From Acidimicrobiia bacterium (GTDB lineage Bacteria; Actinomycetota; Acidimicrobiia; Spongiisociales; Spongiisociaceae): 64,000 nucleotides of DNA. The stretch spans positions 15,734 through 79,733 of the forward strand of contig VXMP01000080.1 of assembly GCA_009841075.1 (NCBI GenBank), read 5' to 3'. Every line of letters begins with the position of its first letter. The stretch's first letter is position 1. The notes beneath the pieces are model-generated. The model was not told where the DNA came from. It did no database searches and worked only from the letters and a program-made list of their open reading frames with translations. A program made the translations under genes and the position numbers. Positions 42,184 through 51,732 of this stretch are shown in pieces.

Positions 42184-43977
42184 GTGATCAATAACAATGG
42201 CATCCAAAAAAATACTAGTTATCAATCTTGTGAATTCGCTGCTCTTTATTTAGAGTCCATAGAAATACGTAATTTTCGCGGGATCGAAGAGTGCCGGATG
42301 ACGTTCGAGAGTGACCTGACCGTGTTGGTTGGGCCGAACAACATCGGAAAGTCACGGGTCATGAGAGCATTGTCTCTCGCCCTCGGCACCGCCTCAGCCA
42401 GTCGGGATGACTTCACGGTGGGTAAGAACCTTAACCCTCTGATTGACGTAGTGTTCGCTCCCTCCGAACCTCCAAGCGCCAGTGGCGAGGAGACTTTCGA
42501 CGAACGTCTGCGCGGCCGTCTTAGAGACGCGATTGCCCTGGTCACAAGCGAACCGGATCGCGAACGCTTGGCGTGGCGAACCCGCATCCGGCGATCGCTC
42601 GAAGGCCACGGGGCACGCATCGAGCATCTTCGGCTGACCTATAACGAAGGCAAGGGTCGCTGGAGTGCTCCCCTGGAGCATGCAGCTGCACACGAGGTGA
42701 GATCTGTAATAGCTGCGGATTTGGTGAACACCGGACGAGACCTCGCTGGAGAGATGAGAAGACCAGGGTCGCCCATCAGGCAGGTGCTCTACGACTTGGA
42801 CATCAGAGAAGACGAGCGCGCTCTGATCGAGAACGATCTCTCTTCTCTGAGCTCGATGATCGTAACTGCAAGCGGCTCGCTGGCGGCCGTTCGGGATTCG
42901 CTCGCAACGCTTGATGAATCGGTGGGAGGCGTGGGCGCTCCAAGCCTTCAGCCGCTTCCGATACGCTTGGAGGAGATGTCGAGATCTATGTCGATTGAAC
43001 TCGACGCCGGGGCTGGACCGCTGCCCATGCGAATGCAGGGTGCCGGTGCACGGAGCCTCGCCTCGCTACAGGTTCAGGGCGTTCTATATGATCGGCGTCT
43101 CGGCCGCGACGGTGATGCGCCCGCACCTCACCCGGTGAGCCTTATTGAGGAGCCGGAAGCCCATCTCCATCCACAAGCCCATTTCGAGTTGCCAAGCCTG
43201 CTGACGCGAATCCGTGGCCAGGTGATCGTTACGACACATTCCTCACACCTCGTGTCAGAAGCGAGTCCAAGATCCCTGCGATTGCTGCGAAACGACAGCG
43301 GTCTCGTCCAGGCGATCGACCTTCACGTGACTGGCGAGCAAGCACCAGACCGTTCCCGAAGGCCGAGCCTGCATAAAACGGAAATGGAGAAGATCCGCAG
43401 GACGGTGGAGAGACCCTTCGGTGAGCTGGTCTTTGCGTCCGCCGTAGTCTTGGGTGACGGCGCAACAGAACGCGCTCTTATTCCAGCCTTGGCCCGACAT
43501 TGTTATGGCTCCAGAGCGCAGGGACTCTGTGTAGTTGACCCGGGGAGCATGGGGGCCGGCTTAGCCGCCGCGGTACTTAAATTCGCCAATCTGGTGGGGC
43601 TTCCCTGGCTGCTGTTCGCCGATTCCGATGAGAAGGGGAGACGATCTGCCGAGAAACTCGTCCGTAGATACGGACGAGAAGGGGTGGATCATATTGTTTG
43701 GATCGGCACACCCGACGATGACGGCAGAGAAAAAGCAACCGAACACATGATGCTTAAATCTCATCTCAACCTGTGCCGAGATGTGTGTCTTGATCTGGGC
43801 TACGATGGTTCAGGAGGCGAGCGTTCACTTTTGAAATTCATGAAGAATCATAAGGGAACTATTGGTAGCCTCTTAGCGACAGAATTGATCAAATCGCATC
43901 CGTGGCAGACCGAGGCTGAGCAGTGGCCCGTTCCGCTCAGAGAACTGATGAACCGGCTGGGTACCATATTTCGTTAG
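42184..43977 (+). CDS. gajA: OLD-family ATP-dependent endonuclease, GajA-like (ABC-type ATPase plus TOPRIM)
   Basis: Contains IEIRNFRGI, Walker A GPNNIGKS, Walker B/H-loop LIEEPEAHLHP..TTHS, and the C-terminal TOPRIM signatures VVLGDGATE and LFADSDEKG (DxD). A UvrD-like helicase gene follows it, and an AT-rich promoter-like spacer precedes it. Confidence 0.8.
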   Translation: MINNNGIQKNTSYQSCEFAALYLESIEIRNFRGIEECRMTFESDLTVLVGPNNIGKSRVMRALSLALGTASASRDDFTVGKNLNPLIDVVFAPSEPPSASGEETFDERLRGRLRDAIALVTSEPDRERLAWRTRIRRSLEGHGARIEHLRLTYNEGKGRWSAPLEHAAAHEVRSVIAADLVNTGRDLAGEMRRPGSPIRQVLYDLDIREDERALIENDLSSLSSMIVTASGSLAAVRDSLATLDESVGGVGAPSLQPLPIRLEEMSRSMSIELDAGAGPLPMRMQGAGARSLASLQVQGVLYDRRLGRDGDAPAPHPVSLIEEPEAHLHPQAHFELPSLLTRIRGQVIVTTHSSHLVSEASPRSLRLLRNDSGLVQAIDLHVTGEQAPDRSRRPSLHKTEMEKIRRTVERPFGELVFASAVVLGDGATERALIPALARHCYGSRAQGLCVVDPGSMGAGLAAAVLKFANLVGLPWLLFADSDEKGRRSAEKLVRRYGREGVDHIVWIGTPDDDGREKATEHMMLKSHLNLCRDVCLDLGYDGSGGERSLLKFMKNHKGTIGSLLATELIKSHPWQTEAEQWPVPLRELMNRLGTIFR

Positions 43978-43991
43978 GGAGACCGGAAAAG

Positions 43992-45764
43992 ATGACTAAT
44001 TTCTGCTTGACCACAAAACAGGAGCAAGCGGTTGCCAGTCGAGCACGTGCGCTCACCGTCGTCTCAGGACCTGGAACGGGCAAGACCGAGGTCGTAGCGC
44101 GGCGGATCGAGCGAATTCTCTATCAGTCGCCGCTTGAGGAGTTCAGAGTTTTGGCCCTCTCGTACACGGTACAGGTCGCTGACGGCCTAGAGGATCGGCT
44201 CGCCGGCCGCCTCGGAGACCTCCACCGACTGGTAGACGCCCACACTTTCTACGACTTCGCTCTCCGTGTCGTTCAGCACCACGGGACGCTGGTCGGGCTT
44301 CCGCTGGTGCCGAAGATACTCAGCCGAGACGAAGACCGGTGTGAACTCCTCGCGGCATGGCTCGATCGAGGAGGTTACAGACATCCGGCCGACCCGGTCG
44401 AGACCTTCCGCAGGTTGGACTTGGACCGAGCCCATGGCAAAGAGACCCGCCACATAGAAATTTGGCGGCGCGTCCTGGCCGAAGCCGGGGCGCTGGACTA
44501 TCAGGCGATGCTCGAACGGGCCACCGAAGTGCTCTCGCTCAGGGGTGCCAGCCGGATCTACCGAGGTATATACAGGCACGTCGTGGTAGATGAGGCCCAG
44601 AATCTGACCAGGTCGCAGTACAGACTGCTCACTTCGCTCATCGGCCCTCCGGTGGGCACTCACCTCCCTGCCACGCTCGTGGGCGACGAGCGGCAGTCAA
44701 TTGTCGACTTCGCCGGGGCAGACGACACCCTCATAAGCGCGTTCGAGCATCGGTATAGCGCGGAGCGAATCGAGTTGGACACCAACTTCCGATCCACTCA
44801 ACGTATCAACCAAATCACTCGGAGGGTCGCTTCCGGGTTAAGCATTCCATCGGACACCTCCCGAGCCCATTACGAAGCCTGCGGCGAACTGCAGATCGCC
44901 GAGTTCGACTCTGAGGCCGACGAGGGAATCGGTGTCGCGTCTTGGATTGAGAGGCAACTCGACTGCGGACTACCGAAGGAGGCTGTCTTACCTGATGAAC
45001 CCACTTCGGTTGCTCCCGAACAGATAGCAGTCCTCGGTCGCTCGGCCACAGCACTGATTCCTACCCGGGATGCCCTTGATAAGTTGGGAATAGTGCACGT
45101 TTCTGCCAGCACTGCCGATGCCTGGGTAACCAGCCTCCCTGCGCAAACAGTTTTGGGTTTCATAAGATTCAAGAATGCCCCCGACCATCTCTCCACCCGC
45201 CGGCACCTGGCACGTCTATGTGGCAAGAATCCCTATGAGGAGTGGGACGATGTGTCGGAGTTGTTCCGCCAAAGCCCGGATCCCTGCTTGGCAGAACTTG
45301 CCCGGATTGGAACGGTTTCTACTCCTCAAGAACTCGTTTCAGAACTGCATCAACTGGATATCAGGGATCCCGATTGGTTGGACGACATTCAACAGATCAG
45401 TGATTCCTTAACCTCATTTGTTGATCAAGTTCCAGTTGGCTTGCGGTCCTTTCCACAGTTTAAAAACCACATTGACCGATGCCAACGAGGTAACCCACTT
45501 GATCCCGGTGTGCGCTTGCTAACCGTACACAAGTCCCAGGGACACGAATTTAAGAGCGTAGCCGTGGTTGCTTGCAACGAAGGCCAGTTTCCGGATTTTC
45601 GAGCCAACACCCCCGAGGACAGAGAAGCAGAACGGCGCACCTTCTATGTTGCGGTCTCCAAGCCATCTCGATCCTTGCTTGTCACCCGCGCCCGCAAGCG
45701 CAGAACAAGAAACGGTACCTGCCACACCAATCCATCACCCTTCCTGGACTGGGTACGCGCCTAG
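43992..45764 (+). CDS. gajB: UvrD/Rep superfamily-1 helicase, GajB-like
   Basis: Contains Walker A SGPGTGKT, motif II VVVDEAQNL, and TVHKSQGHEFKSVAV. The ATG at 43992 lies 14 nt after the gajA stop and follows a GGGAGA Shine-Dalgarno sequence. Confidence 0.8.
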   Translation: MTNFCLTTKQEQAVASRARALTVVSGPGTGKTEVVARRIERILYQSPLEEFRVLALSYTVQVADGLEDRLAGRLGDLHRLVDAHTFYDFALRVVQHHGTLVGLPLVPKILSRDEDRCELLAAWLDRGGYRHPADPVETFRRLDLDRAHGKETRHIEIWRRVLAEAGALDYQAMLERATEVLSLRGASRIYRGIYRHVVVDEAQNLTRSQYRLLTSLIGPPVGTHLPATLVGDERQSIVDFAGADDTLISAFEHRYSAERIELDTNFRSTQRINQITRRVASGLSIPSDTSRAHYEACGELQIAEFDSEADEGIGVASWIERQLDCGLPKEAVLPDEPTSVAPEQIAVLGRSATALIPTRDALDKLGIVHVSASTADAWVTSLPAQTVLGFIRFKNAPDHLSTRRHLARLCGKNPYEEWDDVSELFRQSPDPCLAELARIGTVSTPQELVSELHQLDIRDPDWLDDIQQISDSLTSFVDQVPVGLRSFPQFKNHIDRCQRGNPLDPGVRLLTVHKSQGHEFKSVAVVACNEGQFPDFRANTPEDREAERRTFYVAVSKPSRSLLVTRARKRRTRNGTCHTNPSPFLDWVRA

Positions 45765-45988
45765 CCCCCACAGCCATCCCGATCATTGAATTGGTCGGAA
45801 CGCATTTCGTCGAGGTCTCCATACCAACCTACGCCTTCCATCTCTAATTGGTCTTCTACGCTCATCTGGCCGCTCGCCAGGAGGCGCTCCAACGCAAAGT
45901 GAACCGTCTCCTGGTTGGTCGGTAATCCGAAATCACTCATGACGCGGGCGATCAGATCGTCCTCTATGTCAATGTTGATTCGAGACAT
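45761..45988 (-). CDS. vapB: VapB-type (ribbon-helix-helix-like) type II antitoxin, orphan
   Basis: MSRINIDIEDDLIARVMSDFGLPTNQETVHFALERLL..GDLDEMRSD matches the VapB/DUF2191 antitoxin pattern. No PIN-toxin ORF follows. Its 3' end overlaps the gajB stop by 4 nt, in convergent orientation. Confidence 0.75.
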   Translation of the reverse strand: MSRINIDIEDDLIARVMSDFGLPTNQETVHFALERLLASGQMSVEDQLEMEGVGWYGDLDEMRSDQFNDRDGCGG

Positions 45989-45991
45989 TCC

Positions 45992-46003
45992 GCATAATTA
46001 TGC
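45992..46003. promoter_or_regulatory. perfect 12-bp palindrome GCATAATTATGC next to the vapB start
   Basis: It lies 4 nt upstream of the vapB start codon, in the vapB/hsdR divergent spacer. It is a candidate antitoxin autoregulatory operator. Confidence 0.4.
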
Positions 46004-46123
46004 ACGATGGTTCGCCATTCCGCAGACGTTCTGGTAAACGCCTGGTGCGCCGGTGTCACTGGTCGGGTGTACCCTCAAACATTATGAGCGCGAATATCTC
46101 TATCCCGGATGGTGTAGTAATAG

Positions 46124-48937
46124 GTGATGGATTACATCAAACCTGAAGACCAGGCACGTATTCTGATTGACGGGAGCCTGACCGCTTGTGGCTGGGAAAT
46201 ACAGGACTATCGGTCCGCTGCGGTGGCAGCTGCCCCGGGCGTGGCGGTTCGTGAAGCCCGAACCGAAGCCGGACCTGCGGACTATGTGCTGTTCGTGGAC
46301 GGACAGGCGGTGGGGGTCATCGAGGCCAAGAGGGAGGGCACTACACTCACCGGAGCCGAAACACAGACCAGCAAGTACCAGACCGCTTATCCGGAGAACT
46401 TACCTGCCTTCCGGGTAGATGGTGACCTGCCATTCGGATACGAGTCCACCGGAACGGAAACCCGCTTCACTTCCCTGCTCGACCCGGTACCCACCTCGCG
46501 GGGGGTGTTCGCTTTCCACCGGCCCGAGACGCTGGCCCGGTGGGTTAACGACTATGCGGACGGAAGCGGGGTATCCGGAATCCGTGGCGGGTTGCACCTG
46601 CTGCCCGAACTGGAGGAAACCGGTCTATGGCCCGCCCAGGCCCGAGCTATTCGTAATCTGGAGAAGTCTCTGCAGGACAATCGCCCTCGGGCGCTGATTC
46701 AGATGGCCACCGGCTCCGGCAAGACCTTCACCGCGGTGAACGTCTCCTATCGACTGCTCCGCCACGCGGGTGCCCAGAGGGTGCTTTTCCTGGTGGATCG
46801 GGCCAACCTGGGCCGCCAGACCATCACCGAGTTCGAGAAATTCGACACCCCAGACGACGGACGCAAGTTCACCGAGTTGTACAACGCCCGGATGCTGGAC
46901 TCGTCCGACTTCCATATCGACCGCGAAGCAGCCACCAAGGTGCACGTGTCCACCATCCAGCGTATCTACTCCGTCCTCCGCGGCGAGCCGATCGACCAGG
47001 ATCTGGACGAGCAGACCGGATTCGAGATCGCACCGGAGCGTCCGGTCGAGGTCACCTACAACGAGAAGCTGCCCATTGAGGCCTATGACCTGATCATTGT
47101 CGACGAGTGCCACCGTTCCATCTACGGGGTATGGCGGCAGGTTCTGGAGTACTTTGACGCCTTCCTCATCGGCCTGACCGCTACGCCCGGCAAACAGACC
47201 TTCGGCTTCTTCCACCAGAACCTGGTGATGGAATACAACCACGAGCAGGCGGTGGCCGACCGGGTGAACGTGGACTTCGACGTGTTTCGCATCCGCACCG
47301 AAGTCGGCGAGGAGGGCGGTACGGTGCCCGCCGGCTTCGTAACCGAGTTCCGCGACCGCGAAACCCGCCAAACGCGCTTAGACCAGATCGACCAGGACAT
47401 TGACTGGGACGCCTCTGACCTGGACAAAAAGGTGGTAGCCCCCGATCAGATACGAACGGTGGTCCGCACCCTGCGGGACTCAATGCCCGAGATGTTCCCC
47501 GATCGCGTACTGAGAGAGGACGGCAGGCTCGAACATATCCCCAAGACCCTGATCTTCGCCAAAACCGACAGCCACGCCGACGACATCGTTCAGATTGTCC
47601 GGGAGGAGTTCGGCCTCGACAACCTCGGCGCGGTGAAGATCACCTACACGGCCAGGCTATCCGGCCACAAACCGGATGATCTACTGCAGAGGTTCCGTAC
47701 CAGCTATGAGACTCGCATCGCGGTCACGGTGGACATGATCGCCACCGGCACCGACGTCAAGCCCATCGAATGCGTGGTGTTCATGCGCATGGTTCGCAGC
47801 CGTAATTTCTTTGAGCAGATGAAAGGTAGGGGAGTGCGGGTGATGCCTACCGGAGACCTGCTGATCGTCACCCCCGACGCCCAAGCCAAGGAGAGGTTCG
47901 TCTTGGTAGATGCCGTGGGCGTGACCGACACCAACCTCCACGACACCGTTCCGCTCGAACGCAAACCCGGCATGGGGTTCGACCGACTTCTCAACCTGAT
48001 CGGCCTGGGCGACACCAGCGAAGACGTGATCTCATCGGCAGCCTCCCGCCTGGCCCGGCTCGACAAGCGCATCACCCAAGCCGACCGGGAGGAAGTAGAG
48101 GAGATCGCGGGCATGGGTCTCGGGGAAATCGCAAGCCGCATGGTCGACGCGCTCAACCCCGACCATCATTACGAAGCGGCAAAGGAGGAGGCCGGAAGTG
48201 AGGAGCCGAACGAAGGGCAAATCGCTTCGGCCCGAACAGAGATGATCAAAGCAGCCCTGGAATCTCTGACCAGCAACTCTATGCTCCGGCAGAAGCTGAT
48301 CGAGGTACGCCGCAGCTACGAACAGATCATCGACACCGCTACCAGGGATCGGGTGATCTCAAGCGAGTATTCCCGGGAGGCCACCGACCACTCCCGTAAT
48401 CTGGTGGACTCTTTTGAACAATTTATAGAGGAGAACCGTGACGAGATTAATGCATTGGAAATCCTCTACCGCCGGCCTTACAAGGCCCGACTGACCTACG
48501 CCGACATCAAGCAGCTGGCCAACGCCATCAAAAGACCACCCCGGGCCTGGACCCCCGATGTGCTGTGGAGGGCCTACGAAGTGCTGGACGAATCCAAGGT
48601 GCGAGGGTCGGGGCCGAGGATCAACACCGATCTGGTCAGTCTGGTCCGCTACGCGCTAGGCGAATCGGAGGAGCTGGTCGCCTACAAAGAGCTGGTGGAG
48701 GAGCGGTTCGAGGCCTGGCTGACAGGGCAAGCCAACCTAGGCCGCAGCTTTGATGATGGCCAACTCGCCTACCTACATCTCATCAAGGATCACCTGGTAG
48801 CCAACCTTTCTGTTGAGCCAAAAGACCTGATGGAAGCCCCCTTCAGCACCCACGGCGGCCTGGGCCGAGCAAGCCGACTCTTTGGAGAGGAACTGAACCC
48901 TCTGCTTACTGAACTCACCGAGGAATTAGCAGCATGA
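46124..48937 (+). CDS. hsdR: type I restriction enzyme, R subunit
   Basis: Has an N-terminal PD-(D/E)xK motif (DYVLFVDGQAVGVIEAKRE), the SF2 motor motifs QMATGSGKT and IIVDECHRS, and a long helical C-terminal domain. Confidence 0.95.
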   Translation: MMDYIKPEDQARILIDGSLTACGWEIQDYRSAAVAAAPGVAVREARTEAGPADYVLFVDGQAVGVIEAKREGTTLTGAETQTSKYQTAYPENLPAFRVDGDLPFGYESTGTETRFTSLLDPVPTSRGVFAFHRPETLARWVNDYADGSGVSGIRGGLHLLPELEETGLWPAQARAIRNLEKSLQDNRPRALIQMATGSGKTFTAVNVSYRLLRHAGAQRVLFLVDRANLGRQTITEFEKFDTPDDGRKFTELYNARMLDSSDFHIDREAATKVHVSTIQRIYSVLRGEPIDQDLDEQTGFEIAPERPVEVTYNEKLPIEAYDLIIVDECHRSIYGVWRQVLEYFDAFLIGLTATPGKQTFGFFHQNLVMEYNHEQAVADRVNVDFDVFRIRTEVGEEGGTVPAGFVTEFRDRETRQTRLDQIDQDIDWDASDLDKKVVAPDQIRTVVRTLRDSMPEMFPDRVLREDGRLEHIPKTLIFAKTDSHADDIVQIVREEFGLDNLGAVKITYTARLSGHKPDDLLQRFRTSYETRIAVTVDMIATGTDVKPIECVVFMRMVRSRNFFEQMKGRGVRVMPTGDLLIVTPDAQAKERFVLVDAVGVTDTNLHDTVPLERKPGMGFDRLLNLIGLGDTSEDVISSAASRLARLDKRITQADREEVEEIAGMGLGEIASRMVDALNPDHHYEAAKEEAGSEEPNEGQIASARTEMIKAALESLTSNSMLRQKLIEVRRSYEQIIDTATRDRVISSEYSREATDHSRNLVDSFEQFIEENRDEINALEILYRRPYKARLTYADIKQLANAIKRPPRAWTPDVLWRAYEVLDESKVRGSGPRINTDLVSLVRYALGESEELVAYKELVEERFEAWLTGQANLGRSFDDGQLAYLHLIKDHLVANLSVEPKDLMEAPFSTHGGLGRASRLFGEELNPLLTELTEELAA

Positions 48938-50232
48938 ACGATTTACCACCCGGATGGGCGTGGGCAGAAGTGATCGACATAGCAAAGCTGATACGAGGAG
49001 TTACCTTCAAAAAGCAAGATGCCGTCCAAAAAGGCGAGCCTGGTTATGTGCCGATCGCTCGTGCAGGCAACCTTGAGCCTGGCAGGACGAAATTCGACGA
49101 TAACCTCATATTCGTATCCCGAAATCTTGTTAAAAAGGACCAGTTTCTTCGCGCTGGCGATGTTCTTATTGCGACCTCAAGCGGCAGCTTATCTGTCGTG
49201 GGGAAGTCCGCCATTGTGTCCAAGAACTGGGAAGGTGGGCACGGAGCGTTTATGGCTGTAATACGAGCCCTACCTGATATTAATATAGCCTATCTCGGCT
49301 ACTACCTTCAATCTCGCGTGGTACGGAAGAAATGGCAGGAGTTAGCAGCGGGCACAAATATCAACAATCTCAAAAAGAATGACCTACTTTCTACGGTTGT
49401 TCCAATAGCACCATTAGCGGAGCAGGAACGGATTGTTGAGCGGATTGAGGAGATATTTTCTCGTCTGGATGCCATCGAAACGTCTCTGAAATCCCTAAGC
49501 GACCGGCTGGGGCTGCTGCGCTCCGCCATCCTCGCCGACGCCTTCCACACCAACCGCGACCTACCGCCCGGCTGGAAACGAAGCGCACTTGAGAAGATAG
49601 TCACTCCTAGAAAGGGGAAGGTAATATCAGATTACGACGATCTTCGGCCCTATCTGAGCTTAAATAACATACAAAGCAATACTTGTAATATCCTAAATTG
49701 GGAACACTCCTCTGACTATAGGTCACAATCTTCAAGGCTGTTTCCAGGAGATGTGGCATATGCTCGTCTTCGTCCTTACTTGAACAAAGTCGTAAATATT
49801 GATCGCGAAAGTTTAGGTTCTGCCGAACTCATCGTATTGCCAAGGTCTGAGTCTCTATTACCTAGGTTTCTGACCTTACTGTTAAGCAATCAATCCTTTG
49901 TCGAATACGCAACCGCTAACAGTACTGGAGATCGGCCTCGTCTCAAGTGGCAGACGATGAAGCAATACAAATTTGATCTTCCTCCTATTGAGCACCAAAG
50001 TCATATTGTCGAACTTATAGAATCTAACTTCTCGCTCATTCATGTCATTGAAGAATCCATAAATCATGGATTAGACCGAATAGCAGACCTCCGTCAATCA
50101 GTTTTAGCAGAGGCGTTTTCGGGGCGGTTGGTTCCTCAGGATCCCGATGATGAGCCTGCCTCCGTTCTGCTAGAACGCATCGCCGCCTCCCGTCCGGCTA
50201 AGCCCAAGTCCCGAAGGAAGGCCCGATCATGA
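48934..50232 (+). CDS. hsdS: type I restriction enzyme, S (specificity) subunit
   Basis: Has two TRDs, each starting LPPGW, separated by the conserved helical regions (LAEQERIVERIEEIF.. and IEHQSHIVELIES..LRQSVLAEAFSGRLV). It has an ATGA overlap with hsdR. Confidence 0.95.
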   Translation: MNDLPPGWAWAEVIDIAKLIRGVTFKKQDAVQKGEPGYVPIARAGNLEPGRTKFDDNLIFVSRNLVKKDQFLRAGDVLIATSSGSLSVVGKSAIVSKNWEGGHGAFMAVIRALPDINIAYLGYYLQSRVVRKKWQELAAGTNINNLKKNDLLSTVVPIAPLAEQERIVERIEEIFSRLDAIETSLKSLSDRLGLLRSAILADAFHTNRDLPPGWKRSALEKIVTPRKGKVISDYDDLRPYLSLNNIQSNTCNILNWEHSSDYRSQSSRLFPGDVAYARLRPYLNKVVNIDRESLGSAELIVLPRSESLLPRFLTLLLSNQSFVEYATANSTGDRPRLKWQTMKQYKFDLPPIEHQSHIVELIESNFSLIHVIEESINHGLDRIADLRQSVLAEAFSGRLVPQDPDDEPASVLLERIAASRPAKPKSRRKARS

Positions 50233-51683
50233 CCACTGATCAGAAAGTGCTGGTGGATCGGCTGTGGAGCTTTTGCGATGTGCTCCGCGACGACGGCCTC
50301 TCCTATGGCGACTACGTGGAGCAGCTCACCTATCTGCTGTTCCTGAAGATGGCCGACGAACAAACCTCGCTACTTGGGAGTGATCCGATCATACCGCCGG
50401 ATCTCGACTGGAAGTCGCTTCTAACCAGATCCGGCCCCGACCTCGAAACCCATTACACCCACATTCTGGGCACCCTGGCCCGAGAGAAGGGCGTTCTGGG
50501 GGTGATCTTCTTCAAAGCCAAAAACAAGGTCCAGAGCCCGGCCAAGCTGGAGCGGCTTATCAAAGAGTTCGTGGACAAGCACGAGTGGCTGAGCCTGGAA
50601 GCCGACCTCAAAGGAGACGCCTATGAGGGCCTGATCGAAAAAACCGCCCAGGAAGGTGCCAAAGGAGCGGGCCAATACTTTACCCCTCGGGCGCTGATCT
50701 CGGCCATCGTGGACGTGATGCTCCCCGGCCCTGCGGAGTCTGTCTGCGATCCGGCCTGCGGAACCGGCGGCTTCTTTCTAGGTGCCTACCAGTCGATCCT
50801 GGAACGCTACCCAAACCTCGATCCCGACCAGCGCGCCCATCTTCGCTCCGGTGCCTTTACCGGCTGGGAGATAGCCGACCTCCCCGCCCGCCTCTGTGCC
50901 ATGAACCTGCTGCTGCACGGCATTGAAAGCCCCGACTCCGACTCGCCTATTCATGTGGATGACGCACTTCGAGAAGACCCGGGCAAGCGCTTCGAACTGG
51001 TGCTCACCAACCCCCCATTCGGTAAGGCCTCCGGAGCCACCTACGAGCGGGAGGACTTCTGGACCCAAACCAAAAACAAGCAGCTCAACTTTGTCCAGCA
51101 CGTGGTCACCCTTCTGGAAGTCGGAGGCCGAGCGGCGGTGGTGGTTCCCGACAACGTGCTGTTCGAGGGCGGAGCCGGCGAAACCATCCGTCGCCGCCTG
51201 CTCCACGAGTGCGACGTGCATACTTTGCTCCGCCTCCCCACCGGCATCTTCTATGCCCAGGGCGTCAAGGCCAACGTCATCTTCTTCGAGCGCCGGCCAG
51301 GTGCCCCCCAAGCCCACACCCGCGAGCTGTGGGTCTATGACCTGCGCACCAACCAGCGCTTCACCCTCAAGCAGAACCCCCTCACCCGAGCCCACCTCGA
51401 CGACTTTGTGGCCTGCTACCAGCCCGACAACCGCCACCAACGCATCGAGACCGACCATTTCAAGCGCTTCACCTACGACGAGTTGATCGCCCGCGACAAG
51501 GTGAGCCTCGACCTCACCTGGCTACGCGACGACAGCCTGCAAGACACCGAGAACCTTCCCCCGCCCCACGAAATCGCCACCGAGATGCTCGAAGACCTTC
51601 AATCCGCCCTCTCTGAACTCAACGCCCTAACTGAGCTGCTCGAACCGACCGAAACACCTCCGCTAGGCTCTGCTAACGACTAA
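50229..51683 (+). CDS. hsdM: type I restriction enzyme, M subunit (N6-adenine DNA methyltransferase)
   Basis: Has an HsdM N-terminal domain, the SAM motif DPACGTGGF and the catalytic motif NPPFG. It has an ATGA overlap with hsdS. Confidence 0.95.
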   Translation: MTTDQKVLVDRLWSFCDVLRDDGLSYGDYVEQLTYLLFLKMADEQTSLLGSDPIIPPDLDWKSLLTRSGPDLETHYTHILGTLAREKGVLGVIFFKAKNKVQSPAKLERLIKEFVDKHEWLSLEADLKGDAYEGLIEKTAQEGAKGAGQYFTPRALISAIVDVMLPGPAESVCDPACGTGGFFLGAYQSILERYPNLDPDQRAHLRSGAFTGWEIADLPARLCAMNLLLHGIESPDSDSPIHVDDALREDPGKRFELVLTNPPFGKASGATYEREDFWTQTKNKQLNFVQHVVTLLEVGGRAAVVVPDNVLFEGGAGETIRRRLLHECDVHTLLRLPTGIFYAQGVKANVIFFERRPGAPQAHTRELWVYDLRTNQRFTLKQNPLTRAHLDDFVACYQPDNRHQRIETDHFKRFTYDELIARDKVSLDLTWLRDDSLQDTENLPPPHEIATEMLEDLQSALSELNALTELLEPTETPPLGSAND

Positions 51684-51732
51684 GCGCTCTAAAATGTCCC
51701 ACCCTCGTTGTACGTTTATAGACAACCGAAAT

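Noticed and set aside
46625-47371. 248-aa minus-strand ORF inside hsdR
   Set aside because: It is antisense to the SF2 helicase core of hsdR and is a shadow ORF.
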